Shown: positions 9,357-17,506 of the stretch, in pieces
Layout of the letters: each line of letters starts with the position of its first letter
Position numbering within the stretch: position 1 is the first letter of the stretch
Position numbers and translations under genes: made by a program
The notes under the pieces: generated by a model
What the model was told of the DNA's origin: nothing
The model's database searches: none
What the model saw: only the letters and a program-made list of their open reading frames with translations
Origin: Candidatus Eiseniibacteriota bacterium
GTDB lineage: Bacteria > Eisenbacteria > RBG-16-71-46
Direction: 5' to 3'
NCBI GenBank assembly: GCA_963744995.1
Contig: CAVUWA010000011.1
Coordinates: 352,001-416,000 of the forward strand
DNA: 64,000 nt

Positions 9357-10709
9357 TCAGTCCTTGAGCCCCAGCATCTCCAGGCTCACGTTCGGCACGT
9401 CGGGCGGCACGTAGATCGCCACGTTCTTCGCGGCCTTGACCGTCTCCCACGCGTCGCCCTGCGGATCGAGCTGGAAGTACAGATAGCTGTTCTTCACCGG
9501 CAGCGAAGCCGGCGGCACGCGCTGGTAGATCAGCGGCACGCCGCGCAGCGCGTTGGCGATCAGGAAGTCGATCTTGTCGAGCGAAGCGATCTTGATCTTG
9601 CCGGGCAGTTCGGCGGCGAGGCGCTGCTCTTCCTGGTCCGCGCGCACGCCGAGGAACAGGCCGACCCCGGGCCCGACCATGCGGTCGTCCGTGATCCGCC
9701 CCGACCACATGCCCGCCCCCTTGTTCTCGAGCACGATGCGCGAGGCCTTGTCCACCGGCTGGATGTCGAGCAGGTCGCGCAGGACGTCGCCCATCTTCGC
9801 GAACGTCGCCGACAGGTTGCGGTGATCGTAAGCCGGCAGGTCGCGCGGGTGGATCTTGTCGGAGAACGCCGACAGCTGGCCGGCGAGCGAGGCCAGCTCG
9901 AGGTACACCGCTTCCGGGTGCGCGCCGCGGTGCAGCAGCGCGTGGGTCAGCGCGGGGATCCGTTCGTTCACCGTGTAGAGCAGCATCGCGTTCGCGGTGT
10001 CCTGCGCGCTGAAATCGGCGATGCCGCCCCGCTGGCGACGCTGGTCGCCGAGCGTCGTGCTGCGGCCGATCAACATCTCGTGGATCGAGCGCAGCTGGCG
10101 CATGAGCGCTTCGCTCGCGCCGACCGCGATCACCGGCGGCACGTACGCCTCGCGCAGCGCGAACGCCCCCTCCGGCGTGCGCTGGACCTCGGCGAACGGC
10201 AGCGCGTCGTGGTCGCCGATCGCGTCGTCGGGGAACAGCACCTGGAAGTGGCGGCGCTGGACGTCGACCGGGCGCGCGTTCTGCGCCGTGTTGTCGTCGG
10301 CGACCTCGAGCGACTCGGCCGCATAGCGCGGGCCCGCCGCGCCGGGGCTCACCGCGTCGCCGAGCTGCGGCCGCGCCGCGCCGGGAGCCGTGACGCCCAG
10401 GTACAGCGTGAGCGCGTCGTCCTTCGCCTGGAAGTGGCCCTCGATCGAGCGCTGCGGCGGCACCGGATCGTCGTCCGGCAGCGCGAACGGGGTCCCGTCG
10501 GGCAGCACGCCCGCGGCCGCGGAGAGCACGATGCGGCCGTTCTTCACCGCTTCGGCGTCCACGGTCAGCGCCGCGAGGCCCCAGTCGAAGCCGTGCGCCA
10601 TGCGGAAACGCTGCGCCACGAGGTGGCGGATGGCGCGATCGTTCTGCTGGAAGTGCTGGGGCGTGAGCAGCAGCCCTTCGCTCCACACGACCGGACGACG
10701 CTCGCTCAT
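9357..10709 (-). CDS. tssK: T6SS baseplate-membrane connector TssK
   Basis: VVWSEGLLLTPQHFQQNDR, GVLPDGTPF, HPEAVYLEL, LPAYDH, YFQLD motifs; 450 aa. Confidence 0.95.
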   Translation of the reverse strand: MSERRPVVWSEGLLLTPQHFQQNDRAIRHLVAQRFRMAHGFDWGLAALTVDAEAVKNGRIVLSAAAGVLPDGTPFALPDDDPVPPQRSIEGHFQAKDDALTLYLGVTAPGAARPQLGDAVSPGAAGPRYAAESLEVADDNTAQNARPVDVQRRHFQVLFPDDAIGDHDALPFAEVQRTPEGAFALREAYVPPVIAVGASEALMRQLRSIHEMLIGRSTTLGDQRRQRGGIADFSAQDTANAMLLYTVNERIPALTHALLHRGAHPEAVYLELASLAGQLSAFSDKIHPRDLPAYDHRNLSATFAKMGDVLRDLLDIQPVDKASRIVLENKGAGMWSGRITDDRMVGPGVGLFLGVRADQEEQRLAAELPGKIKIASLDKIDFLIANALRGVPLIYQRVPPASLPVKNSYLYFQLDPQGDAWETVKAAKNVAIYVPPDVPNVSLEMLGLKD

Positions 10710-10728
10710 GCAGTTCTCCTCGCCGGGG

Positions 10729-11205
10729 TCAGTTCGCGGCGCTCAGGCAGTCCGCGTTCGCGACGAGCTTCACGCGCGAGCCCTGTGCGAGCGGCTGCGC
10801 GAAGTACCAGCACTGGTCCCTCGACTGGCAGAAGTTGCCGACGACGATCACCGCCGTCGCGCCCGGCTTCTTCTCGAGCGCCACCGTGACCGAGCGGCCC
10901 GGATCCACGAACGCCTCGCGGCGGTCGAGCAGCGCGGGGCCGAGGAGACTCTCCTCCTTGTCCCACAGCTGGGTGAGCGTCATTCCGGTGATCGCCGACG
11001 CGTCGGTGACCTGGAGCACCCGGAACGTGAGCGGATAGCCCGAATCGCGCCCGCAGCTGTTGCAGTCGCGCGCGGCGGAGACCGTGACTTTCGGCGCGCC
11101 GCCGCCGAGGCCGACCTTGGCGCACGAAGGCGCCAGGATCAGCGCGCAGAGCGAGACCAGCGCGGTCGCGCCAAAATGTTTTGCCGCTTGCGGATGAATG
11201 GACAC
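10729..11205 (-). CDS. tssJ: T6SS lipoprotein TssJ
   Basis: Lipobox LAPSC; PLTFRVLQ, LGPALLDRREAFVDPG and VVGNF resemble TssJ; lies immediately upstream of tssK. Confidence 0.82.
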   Translation of the reverse strand: MSIHPQAAKHFGATALVSLCALILAPSCAKVGLGGGAPKVTVSAARDCNSCGRDSGYPLTFRVLQVTDASAITGMTLTQLWDKEESLLGPALLDRREAFVDPGRSVTVALEKKPGATAVIVVGNFCQSRDQCWYFAQPLAQGSRVKLVANADCLSAAN

Positions 11206-11213
11206 GGCTGGGG

Positions 11214-11242
11214 ACGGTAGGGCGGCGGCGGGCTTGCGTCAA
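11214..11242 (-). promoter_or_regulatory. sigma70-like promoter for tssJKLM
   Basis: TTGACG (11242-11237), 17-nt spacer, TACCGT (11219-11214); 8 nt before the tssJ GTG. Confidence 0.55.
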
Positions 11243-11276
11243 GCCTCGGCGCACGCCGGGCGCGGGCGGAAGCCGT

Positions 11277-11310
11277 GAAAGCGGGGCGCCCCGTGGGAGG
11301 GGCGCCCCGG
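11277..11310 (-). terminator. Putative intrinsic terminator after the cytochrome gene
   Basis: GGGGCGCCCC-N6-GGGGCGCCCC stem-loop followed on the minus strand by GCTTTC. Confidence 0.55.
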
Positions 11311-11333
11311 ACGACGGCGACGGTTCCGTCCCG

Positions 11334-11702
11334 CTACCGCGGCGCGCCGCGCGCGATCCAGTCGAGGATGATCTCGGGCTCGCCGGGCTTCAGGTAGCCG
11401 CGCATGGTACCGCCCACGCCGATCTTGGACTGGATCAGGTTGGTGTCGGCGACCACGATCGAGTAGTCGGTGAGATCCACCCGCGGCGCCGAGCTGCTGT
11501 TGTGGCAGCCCATGCAGCCGTACGTGGTGGTGCCCTCCGAGCGGTCGCGCATGAGGCCGAAGATCGTGTTGTTCCAGCCGACCTGGCCGGCGATCGCCGG
11601 GTTCACCGCGTAGTCTTTGCGGCTGCAGCCGGTCACGAACGCGATGAACAGCAGCGCGCCCGCGAGGAGCAGCAGCCGGAACGGACGATAAGGATGGATC
11701 AT
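11334..11702 (-). CDS. Small monoheme c-type cytochrome lipoprotein
   Basis: Lipobox FVTGC; single CxxCH (CMGCH); candidate distal Met (GTMRG); C-terminal WIARGA; GGGAGGG RBS. Confidence 0.75.
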   Translation of the reverse strand: MIHPYRPFRLLLLAGALLFIAFVTGCSRKDYAVNPAIAGQVGWNNTIFGLMRDRSEGTTTYGCMGCHNSSSAPRVDLTDYSIVVADTNLIQSKIGVGGTMRGYLKPGEPEIILDWIARGAPR

Positions 11703-11715
11703 CGTGCCCTCCCGA

Positions 11716-12765
11716 TCAGTAGCCGATATAGGCGCGAACGCCGACGTGCGCCGTGATGCCCGAGAAGTCGACCGCGCGGCCGCCGAGCTTCGAGTCGGAG
11801 AAACCCTCGTAGACCTCGAAGTCCGGACGCGCCCAGTCGAGGTCGCCGGAGTTGGCGTAGCGCGCGAGCACGTTGCCGGTGATCGCGAAGCGCGGCGAGG
11901 TGAGCCACTCGCCCTCGAGCCCGCCCTGGAAGTACGGCCCGGTCGCGGTGCCGACGATCTGCACCGGGATCAGTCGGCCGAAGTGGTCGTGCAGGAACTC
12001 CACCGTGGCCTCGGACTGCATGAAGCCGGCGCCGCCAACGACGTTCACGCGCCAGTTGCGCTGCTGCAGCCAGTTCCACACCAGGCTCGCGACGAGCTGC
12101 GTGCCGGTGGCCTTGTAGGTGGCGTGATCGTTGATCGCCGGGTCGAGCTTGTCGGAGGTCGTGGCGCGCACGCGCAGGACGCCGAAATCGACCGAGTAGC
12201 GCGGGTTCAGGGGAAAGCGCACCGAGTAGCCGAACTCGGGGCTCGTCTCGAAGTCGTCGGCCTGCGGAACGCCGGCCGCGGAGGCGAGGTCCACGAGGTC
12301 CTGATTGACGCCCTGACCACGGCCGTACACGAAGCCGATGCTCGCGGGCACGCGGCGGCCGGCTTCGACCTGCTCCGCCTGGAACTCCTTGAGCGCGGCC
12401 TCGAACACGTTCATCTCGTCCGGCGGAACGCGCACGGGATCCGGCCGGTAGAGCGGGTCGGAACGCAGCACGCTCTTGAACGCTTCCTTCGCCTCGAGCC
12501 GGCGCCCGGCCTTGACCAGCGCGCGGGCGCGCAGCTCGCGCGCGCGGTTCAGGTCGTCGCCGCCCACGCGGCCGGTGCGGATCGCCTCGGCCAGCATGTC
12601 GGCGGCTTCCTGGAACTGCGACTGGTCGTAGAGCGCCGTGGCCTGGTCGAGCACGGAGCCCGAGGCCGCGGCCGCGTCGCCCTGCTGCGCGAGCGCCGGC
12701 CGCGCGGCCAGCGGCGCCGCGAGCAGCAGAGCGGTCAGAAGGAATACGAAACGGCGAGCGTTCAT
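11716..12765 (-). CDS. Exported TPR-like domain + outer-membrane beta-barrel protein
   Basis: Signal peptide; helical TPR-like N-domain; amphipathic beta strands ending GVRAYIGY; GAGGGGAG RBS. Confidence 0.75.
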   Translation of the reverse strand: MNARRFVFLLTALLLAAPLAARPALAQQGDAAAASGSVLDQATALYDQSQFQEAADMLAEAIRTGRVGGDDLNRARELRARALVKAGRRLEAKEAFKSVLRSDPLYRPDPVRVPPDEMNVFEAALKEFQAEQVEAGRRVPASIGFVYGRGQGVNQDLVDLASAAGVPQADDFETSPEFGYSVRFPLNPRYSVDFGVLRVRATTSDKLDPAINDHATYKATGTQLVASLVWNWLQQRNWRVNVVGGAGFMQSEATVEFLHDHFGRLIPVQIVGTATGPYFQGGLEGEWLTSPRFAITGNVLARYANSGDLDWARPDFEVYEGFSDSKLGGRAVDFSGITAHVGVRAYIGY

Positions 12766-12844
12766 TTGGATCTCCCCTCGAGGTGTGGTGCGCCGGCCGC
12801 AATGGAGCAGCCGGTGACGGTCGGCCCGCAGGGGCGGGCCCGGA

Positions 12845-15190
12845 TCACTTCTTCTTCAGGCGGAATTTCAGCTGGAGCTTGTCGCGGATCTTCACGTCCA
12901 CGCGCTGGGCGCCACCTTCGACGATGTAGCCTTCGCGCACCACGGTGATGTCGTGCCGCCCGGGCGGCACGGGCGAGATCGTCCAGGGCGTCGTATGCCC
13001 GATGCGCACGCCGTCCATGTAGATGTCGCCCCAGGTGGGCTCCGAGGTCACGAAGATGGAGCCGGCGAGGGTGGTGAAGTCGTTCTCCAGCGTGCGGGTC
13101 TCGCCCGCGGCGACGGTGATGGTCCACTCGCGCTGACCGAGCGAGGGGTGCTTGACGAGAATCGTGTGCGGGCCGGGCTTGACGGTCGTCCGGAACTGCG
13201 CCTTGTTGCCGTCGAGCTTCTGGCCGTCCACGTAGAAGTCGGCGTACGGCGAGACCTTGACGACGATCGTCCCGGTCGTGGCGCCGGGCGCCGGTTTCGG
13301 CGCCTCGGTCGGCGCGGGCGGCTCGACCGGCGGCGTCGCCGGCGCCGCCGCGACCTTGTCCAGCGCCGCCTTCGCGGCGTCGTACGCGGTGCGCTCGGCG
13401 GAATCGAACGAAGGATCCGGCGTGTAGGACGGGTAGCGCTTCATGAGGTCGAGGAACGCGCTCTGCGCCTCCTTGGCGTGGTTCTGTCCGGCGAGCGAAC
13501 GCGCGACGATTTCGAGCGCGAGGCGGCGCTGGCGCCCGGGCAGCGATCCGGCCATCAGCGCGCGCGCCGTCTTCAGCGCCTCGGCGTAGCGGCCCTCGTC
13601 GAGCGCGCGGCGGGCATCGTCGATCGTCGGCTTCGCCCCGGCCTGGGTGGCGGGCGGCGCCGGGACCGCGGGGCTGGACGCAGCGATGGAGTCCGGCGTC
13701 GCGGCCGCAACCTGCGCGCTGTCCGGCGCGGGCGGCGCGACGGGCGTGGCGGCGTCCTGCCGCTCCGCCTGCGAATCGGCTGCGGGGCCGCGCGTCATCG
13801 CGATGCCGATCGCGACGGCGACGACCAGCAGCACCGCGCCCGCCCCCGCGAGCACCGGCACCGGCAGGCCCTTCTTCGTGCCGCCGCCCGGCGCGGGGGG
13901 CGGCGCCGGCGCCGCGGGCTTCCGCGGCGGCTCGGCCGCCTCGAGCGGCGGCGCCTTTGCGGCGGGGGGCGCCGCCGCGGGCGGCGCTTCCGCGGCCTGC
14001 GGCGGCAGCGAAGGCGGCCCGCCGACCACGGTCGCCTGGGTATCGGGCGGGGGCGTGGCGGGCGGCGCTTCGCCCGGGGCGAGGACCACGGTCGCGTTCG
14101 GGTCGGCGGCGCGCGCTTCCTTCACCAGCTGCTCGCGTTCGCGCTCCAGCTTCTGCACGTGGTCCTTCGCGACGGCGTTGCGCGGATCCAGGTACAGCAC
14201 GCGGCGGAACTCGCGCAGCGCGTCGTCGATCTTGCCGAGCCCCATGTTCTCGTAGTAGAGGCCCTGATCCAGATGCCGCGAGAGGTGCCGCTTGCGCCAC
14301 ATCGCCGCGACCGATTCGGGCTGCAGCGCGTACTCGCGCAGCAGGTCCTTGCCGCGGTGGAGGCCGAGGTGCTCGATCACGTCCTCGAAGTCGCCCAGCG
14401 CCTGCGTGATGGTCTGGGTGCGCTTGCCGACGTCCTTCTGCAGCATGCCGCGCACGATGCGCGCGACCTCGTCGGGCACCAGCGGGTTGAATTCGGTGAC
14501 TGCGGGGGGCTCGACCGTGAGGATCGAGCGCAGCACGGTCGAATAGGAATCGCCGGCGAACGGACGCTGCCCACCGAGCAGCTCGTAGGCGAGCACGCCC
14601 GTCGAGAAGATGTCGGAGCGCTCGTCCACGACTTCGCCCGTGGCCTGCTCGGGCGACATGTAGGCCGGCGTGCCCAGCACCGAGCCGACCATCGTCATCT
14701 GCGTCGAGGTCTCCGCGCCGCCGCGCGCGAGGCCGAAGTCCATGAGTTTGATCATGCCGTCGGGCGTGAGCATCACGTTCGCCGGCTTCACGTCGCGGTG
14801 CACGATGCGCTGCGCATGCGCGTGCTCGAGACCGCGGCAGATGTCGCGAATGATCAGCAGCGCCATCTCGAGCGGCGGCGTGCCGTGCGCGTCGAGCCAC
14901 TTGCGCAGGTCCATGCCTTCGACGAACTCCATCGCGATGTAGGCGACGTCGTCGTGGCGCCCCATGTCGATCACCTGGATGATGTTCGGGTGGCGCATCA
15001 TCGCGGCGGCGCGCGCCTCGCGCTCGAAGCGCTGGATGAGCTTCTCGTCGTCGGCGAGGTGGGAGTGCAGGATCTTCAGCACGACCGGGCGCTGCAGGGC
15101 CTTCTGCACGGCGAGGAACACCGACGCCATGCCGCCCATGCCGATCTTTTCCTTGATCTCGAAGCCGCCGAAATCCTTGTTCATCGCCAT
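12845..15190 (-). CDS. Membrane Ser/Thr protein kinase (kinase-TPR-TM-TPR-like-PEGA)
   Basis: GMGGMASV, VLK, HRDVKPAN, DFG, GTPAYMSPE; TM VLAGAGAVLLVVAVAIGIA; C-terminal PEGA-like repeats; GGAGG RBS. Confidence 0.95.
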   Translation of the reverse strand: MAMNKDFGGFEIKEKIGMGGMASVFLAVQKALQRPVVLKILHSHLADDEKLIQRFEREARAAAMMRHPNIIQVIDMGRHDDVAYIAMEFVEGMDLRKWLDAHGTPPLEMALLIIRDICRGLEHAHAQRIVHRDVKPANVMLTPDGMIKLMDFGLARGGAETSTQMTMVGSVLGTPAYMSPEQATGEVVDERSDIFSTGVLAYELLGGQRPFAGDSYSTVLRSILTVEPPAVTEFNPLVPDEVARIVRGMLQKDVGKRTQTITQALGDFEDVIEHLGLHRGKDLLREYALQPESVAAMWRKRHLSRHLDQGLYYENMGLGKIDDALREFRRVLYLDPRNAVAKDHVQKLEREREQLVKEARAADPNATVVLAPGEAPPATPPPDTQATVVGGPPSLPPQAAEAPPAAAPPAAKAPPLEAAEPPRKPAAPAPPPAPGGGTKKGLPVPVLAGAGAVLLVVAVAIGIAMTRGPAADSQAERQDAATPVAPPAPDSAQVAAATPDSIAASSPAVPAPPATQAGAKPTIDDARRALDEGRYAEALKTARALMAGSLPGRQRRLALEIVARSLAGQNHAKEAQSAFLDLMKRYPSYTPDPSFDSAERTAYDAAKAALDKVAAAPATPPVEPPAPTEAPKPAPGATTGTIVVKVSPYADFYVDGQKLDGNKAQFRTTVKPGPHTILVKHPSLGQREWTITVAAGETRTLENDFTTLAGSIFVTSEPTWGDIYMDGVRIGHTTPWTISPVPPGRHDITVVREGYIVEGGAQRVDVKIRDKLQLKFRLKKK

Positions 15191-16173
15191 GTCGCGGCCT
15201 CCGCACGGCCTTCCGTGCGCGCCGGATCCGGCGCGGAGCGCATCATGCCGAACACCACCCAGGTGAGCCCCGTGAGCGCCAGGGCCAGCGCGATCAGCGC
15301 GATGATCAGCATGCGCAGCGCGCGCTGCCGGCCCCGGCTGGCCCGGGGCGGCGCCGCCCGCCGTGCCGCCGCGCGGCGCGCCGGCGCGGCCACCGGCGCC
15401 CAGCTGTCCGCCTGCGACCCTTCGAGCCGCGCGAGCACCGCGGTGATGTTGTCGGGGCCGCCGCGGTCGTTGGCGAGGCGGATCATCTCCTCGGCGGCGC
15501 GCTCCAGCGAGCCGTTCGCCGCGGCGCGCGCGAGCAGATCGTCCTCCACCGGGCCGTGCAGGCCGTCCGAGCACACGAGCAGCGTGTCGCCCGGGCGCAA
15601 CGGCTCACCGAGCGTGACCACGTCCACCTCCACCTCCGCGCCCACGCCCACGCTGCGCGTGACCACGTTGCGCCGCGAGTCGTGCTTGGCCTGTTCGGCG
15701 GTGAGCTCGTGGCGCGCGACGAGCTGCGCGACCAGCGAATGATCCTGAGTGAGCTGGGTGATCTCGCGGCCGCGTACCAGGTAGGCGCGCGAATCGCCGA
15801 CGTGCGCAACCGTGACTTCATCGCCCTTGATCGCGACCGCCGTGCAGGTGGTCCCCATGCCCTTCAGATCGGGGCGCGTCTCGACATGGGCCCAGATCTC
15901 GTCGTTCGCGCGGTGCACGGCTTCGGACAGCGCCTCGGCGGGGTCGTCCGAGCGGCTCTCGGTGAAGGACTTGAGGATCGCGTCCACCGCCATGCGGCTC
16001 GCGACCTCGCCGGCGGCCGTGCCGCCCATGCCGTCGCAGACCACCAGCAGACGATCGGCGGGATGCGTGCCGCCGGCCGCCGCGGCGGTCCACACCGCAT
16101 AACTGTCCTCGTTGCCCGATCGGCGCCGGCCCACGTCGCTCAGGGCGGCGGTCAGGATCCTGCTTGGGCTCAA
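15181..16173 (-). CDS. PP2C-family Ser/Thr phosphatase (PstP/PppA-like) with C-terminal TM
   Basis: SDVGRRRSGNED, VCDGMGG, GMGTT, HVGDSRAY, CSDGL, GGPDNIT. Confidence 0.95.
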   Translation of the reverse strand: MSPSRILTAALSDVGRRRSGNEDSYAVWTAAAAGGTHPADRLLVVCDGMGGTAAGEVASRMAVDAILKSFTESRSDDPAEALSEAVHRANDEIWAHVETRPDLKGMGTTCTAVAIKGDEVTVAHVGDSRAYLVRGREITQLTQDHSLVAQLVARHELTAEQAKHDSRRNVVTRSVGVGAEVEVDVVTLGEPLRPGDTLLVCSDGLHGPVEDDLLARAAANGSLERAAEEMIRLANDRGGPDNITAVLARLEGSQADSWAPVAAPARRAAARRAAPPRASRGRQRALRMLIIALIALALALTGLTWVVFGMMRSAPDPARTEGRAEAATWR

Positions 16174-16189
16174 AGGGCGTCCTCTCCGC

Positions 16190-17506
16190 TCAACCGCGGG
16201 CTTCGTAGATCAAATGAACGGACTTGCCGAAGCTCAGGCGGTCCCCGTCGGCGAGTGCGCGGCGCGTGATGCGCTCGCCGTTCACGAACGAGCCATTCTC
16301 GGAGTTCAGGTCCACCAGTTCAACGATTCTTCCCCGGCGCTCCAGGGTCGCGTGGTTGCGCGATATCTCTCTGTCCTGAAACACGATGTCGTTGCCGGCC
16401 GCGGCGCCGATCGTCACCGGGTAACCGAAGAGTTCGTACCATACCCCATCGTCCACGTCGTGGTCGTGGACCAGCAGCCCGCGCTGGCGGCGGCGGGTGA
16501 GCGCGAAGGCCGCGCCGGCGAGCACCACCAGCACCACCGGCAGCATCCAGGCCAGCGGATGCGTCCACCACGCGGGCGCCATGGCCTCGCGCGTGGCGTA
16601 GTTGAGCCGGGTGGCGCGGCGTGCCCCGTGGGCGTCGACGACCACCTCGAGCTCCTCGCGCCCGGCACCCGGCGCGCCCTCCGCCTTGAACGTGAGCACC
16701 CAGTGGCCGAGCGCGCGGGCCGCAGCGCCGGGCAGCGCCTGCGGCAGGCCGAGCGGAGACGTCACGCCGGTGACCGCGCCGCCGGTGTGTTCGGCCAGGC
16801 GGCGCAGACGCTCGGCTTCGGGCGAGGCGCCGGCGTCGCCGAGGCGCAGCACCATGACCCGGGTGAGCCGCCGCGGCGACCGCGCGAGCGCCAGCATCTC
16901 GATGATCGTATGGCGGCTGCCGCCATCGGCACCGCGCGTGATCACGATCACCGCCCCGCTGCGATCGCGCGGCAGGCGCGACGCGGTGCGCACTGCGTCG
17001 AAGAGCGCGTCATAGAGCAGCGGCGTGCCGTCGTCCGCCATGCCGGCGAGGTGCTCCGCGAGCCGGTCGACGTCCCCGACCGCCGCCTCGCGCGAGCGGA
17101 TCGAGCCGCCCGCGGCCACCACCCGGATGCGGTCGCCGTCTTCGAGCCCGCGGGCCAGCGAGCGCACTGCGTCCATGACCGGTGCCAGCGCGGGCGGCCG
17201 CAGCAGCCCGGCGTCGATCACCAGCGTCACGGTCGCGTGCGGCCGCTCGTCGCGCGCGCTCGTCGCCCGCACGTTCTCGACCGGCCTGCCGTCGAGCGAC
17301 AGGGTGAAGGCGTTCTCGAGCGCCGGCACCGGGGCGCCGCCCGCGTCGAGCACCGAGACCACGACCGTGTGGCGGCCGCCGCCTGCGACCCGCACGTTGT
17401 CGATCGTGATCGTCGCCGGTGACTGCGCGAGCGCGGGGGCCGCCGACAGCAGCAGCAGCGCGACGCCGTTGCGCAGGGCGTTGCGCAGGGCGCGGCTCAC
17501 TGCCAC
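16190..17506 (-). CDS. Signal peptide-vWA-like-TM-FHA protein
   Basis: Signal peptide; vWA-like fold (TLVID, TPLLYDAL, VIVIT); TM; C-terminal FHA (SRNHA, DLNSENGSFVNG). Confidence 0.8.
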   Translation of the reverse strand: MAVSRALRNALRNGVALLLLSAAPALAQSPATITIDNVRVAGGGRHTVVVSVLDAGGAPVPALENAFTLSLDGRPVENVRATSARDERPHATVTLVIDAGLLRPPALAPVMDAVRSLARGLEDGDRIRVVAAGGSIRSREAAVGDVDRLAEHLAGMADDGTPLLYDALFDAVRTASRLPRDRSGAVIVITRGADGGSRHTIIEMLALARSPRRLTRVMVLRLGDAGASPEAERLRRLAEHTGGAVTGVTSPLGLPQALPGAAARALGHWVLTFKAEGAPGAGREELEVVVDAHGARRATRLNYATREAMAPAWWTHPLAWMLPVVLVVLAGAAFALTRRRQRGLLVHDHDVDDGVWYELFGYPVTIGAAAGNDIVFQDREISRNHATLERRGRIVELVDLNSENGSFVNGERITRRALADGDRLSFGKSVHLIYEARG

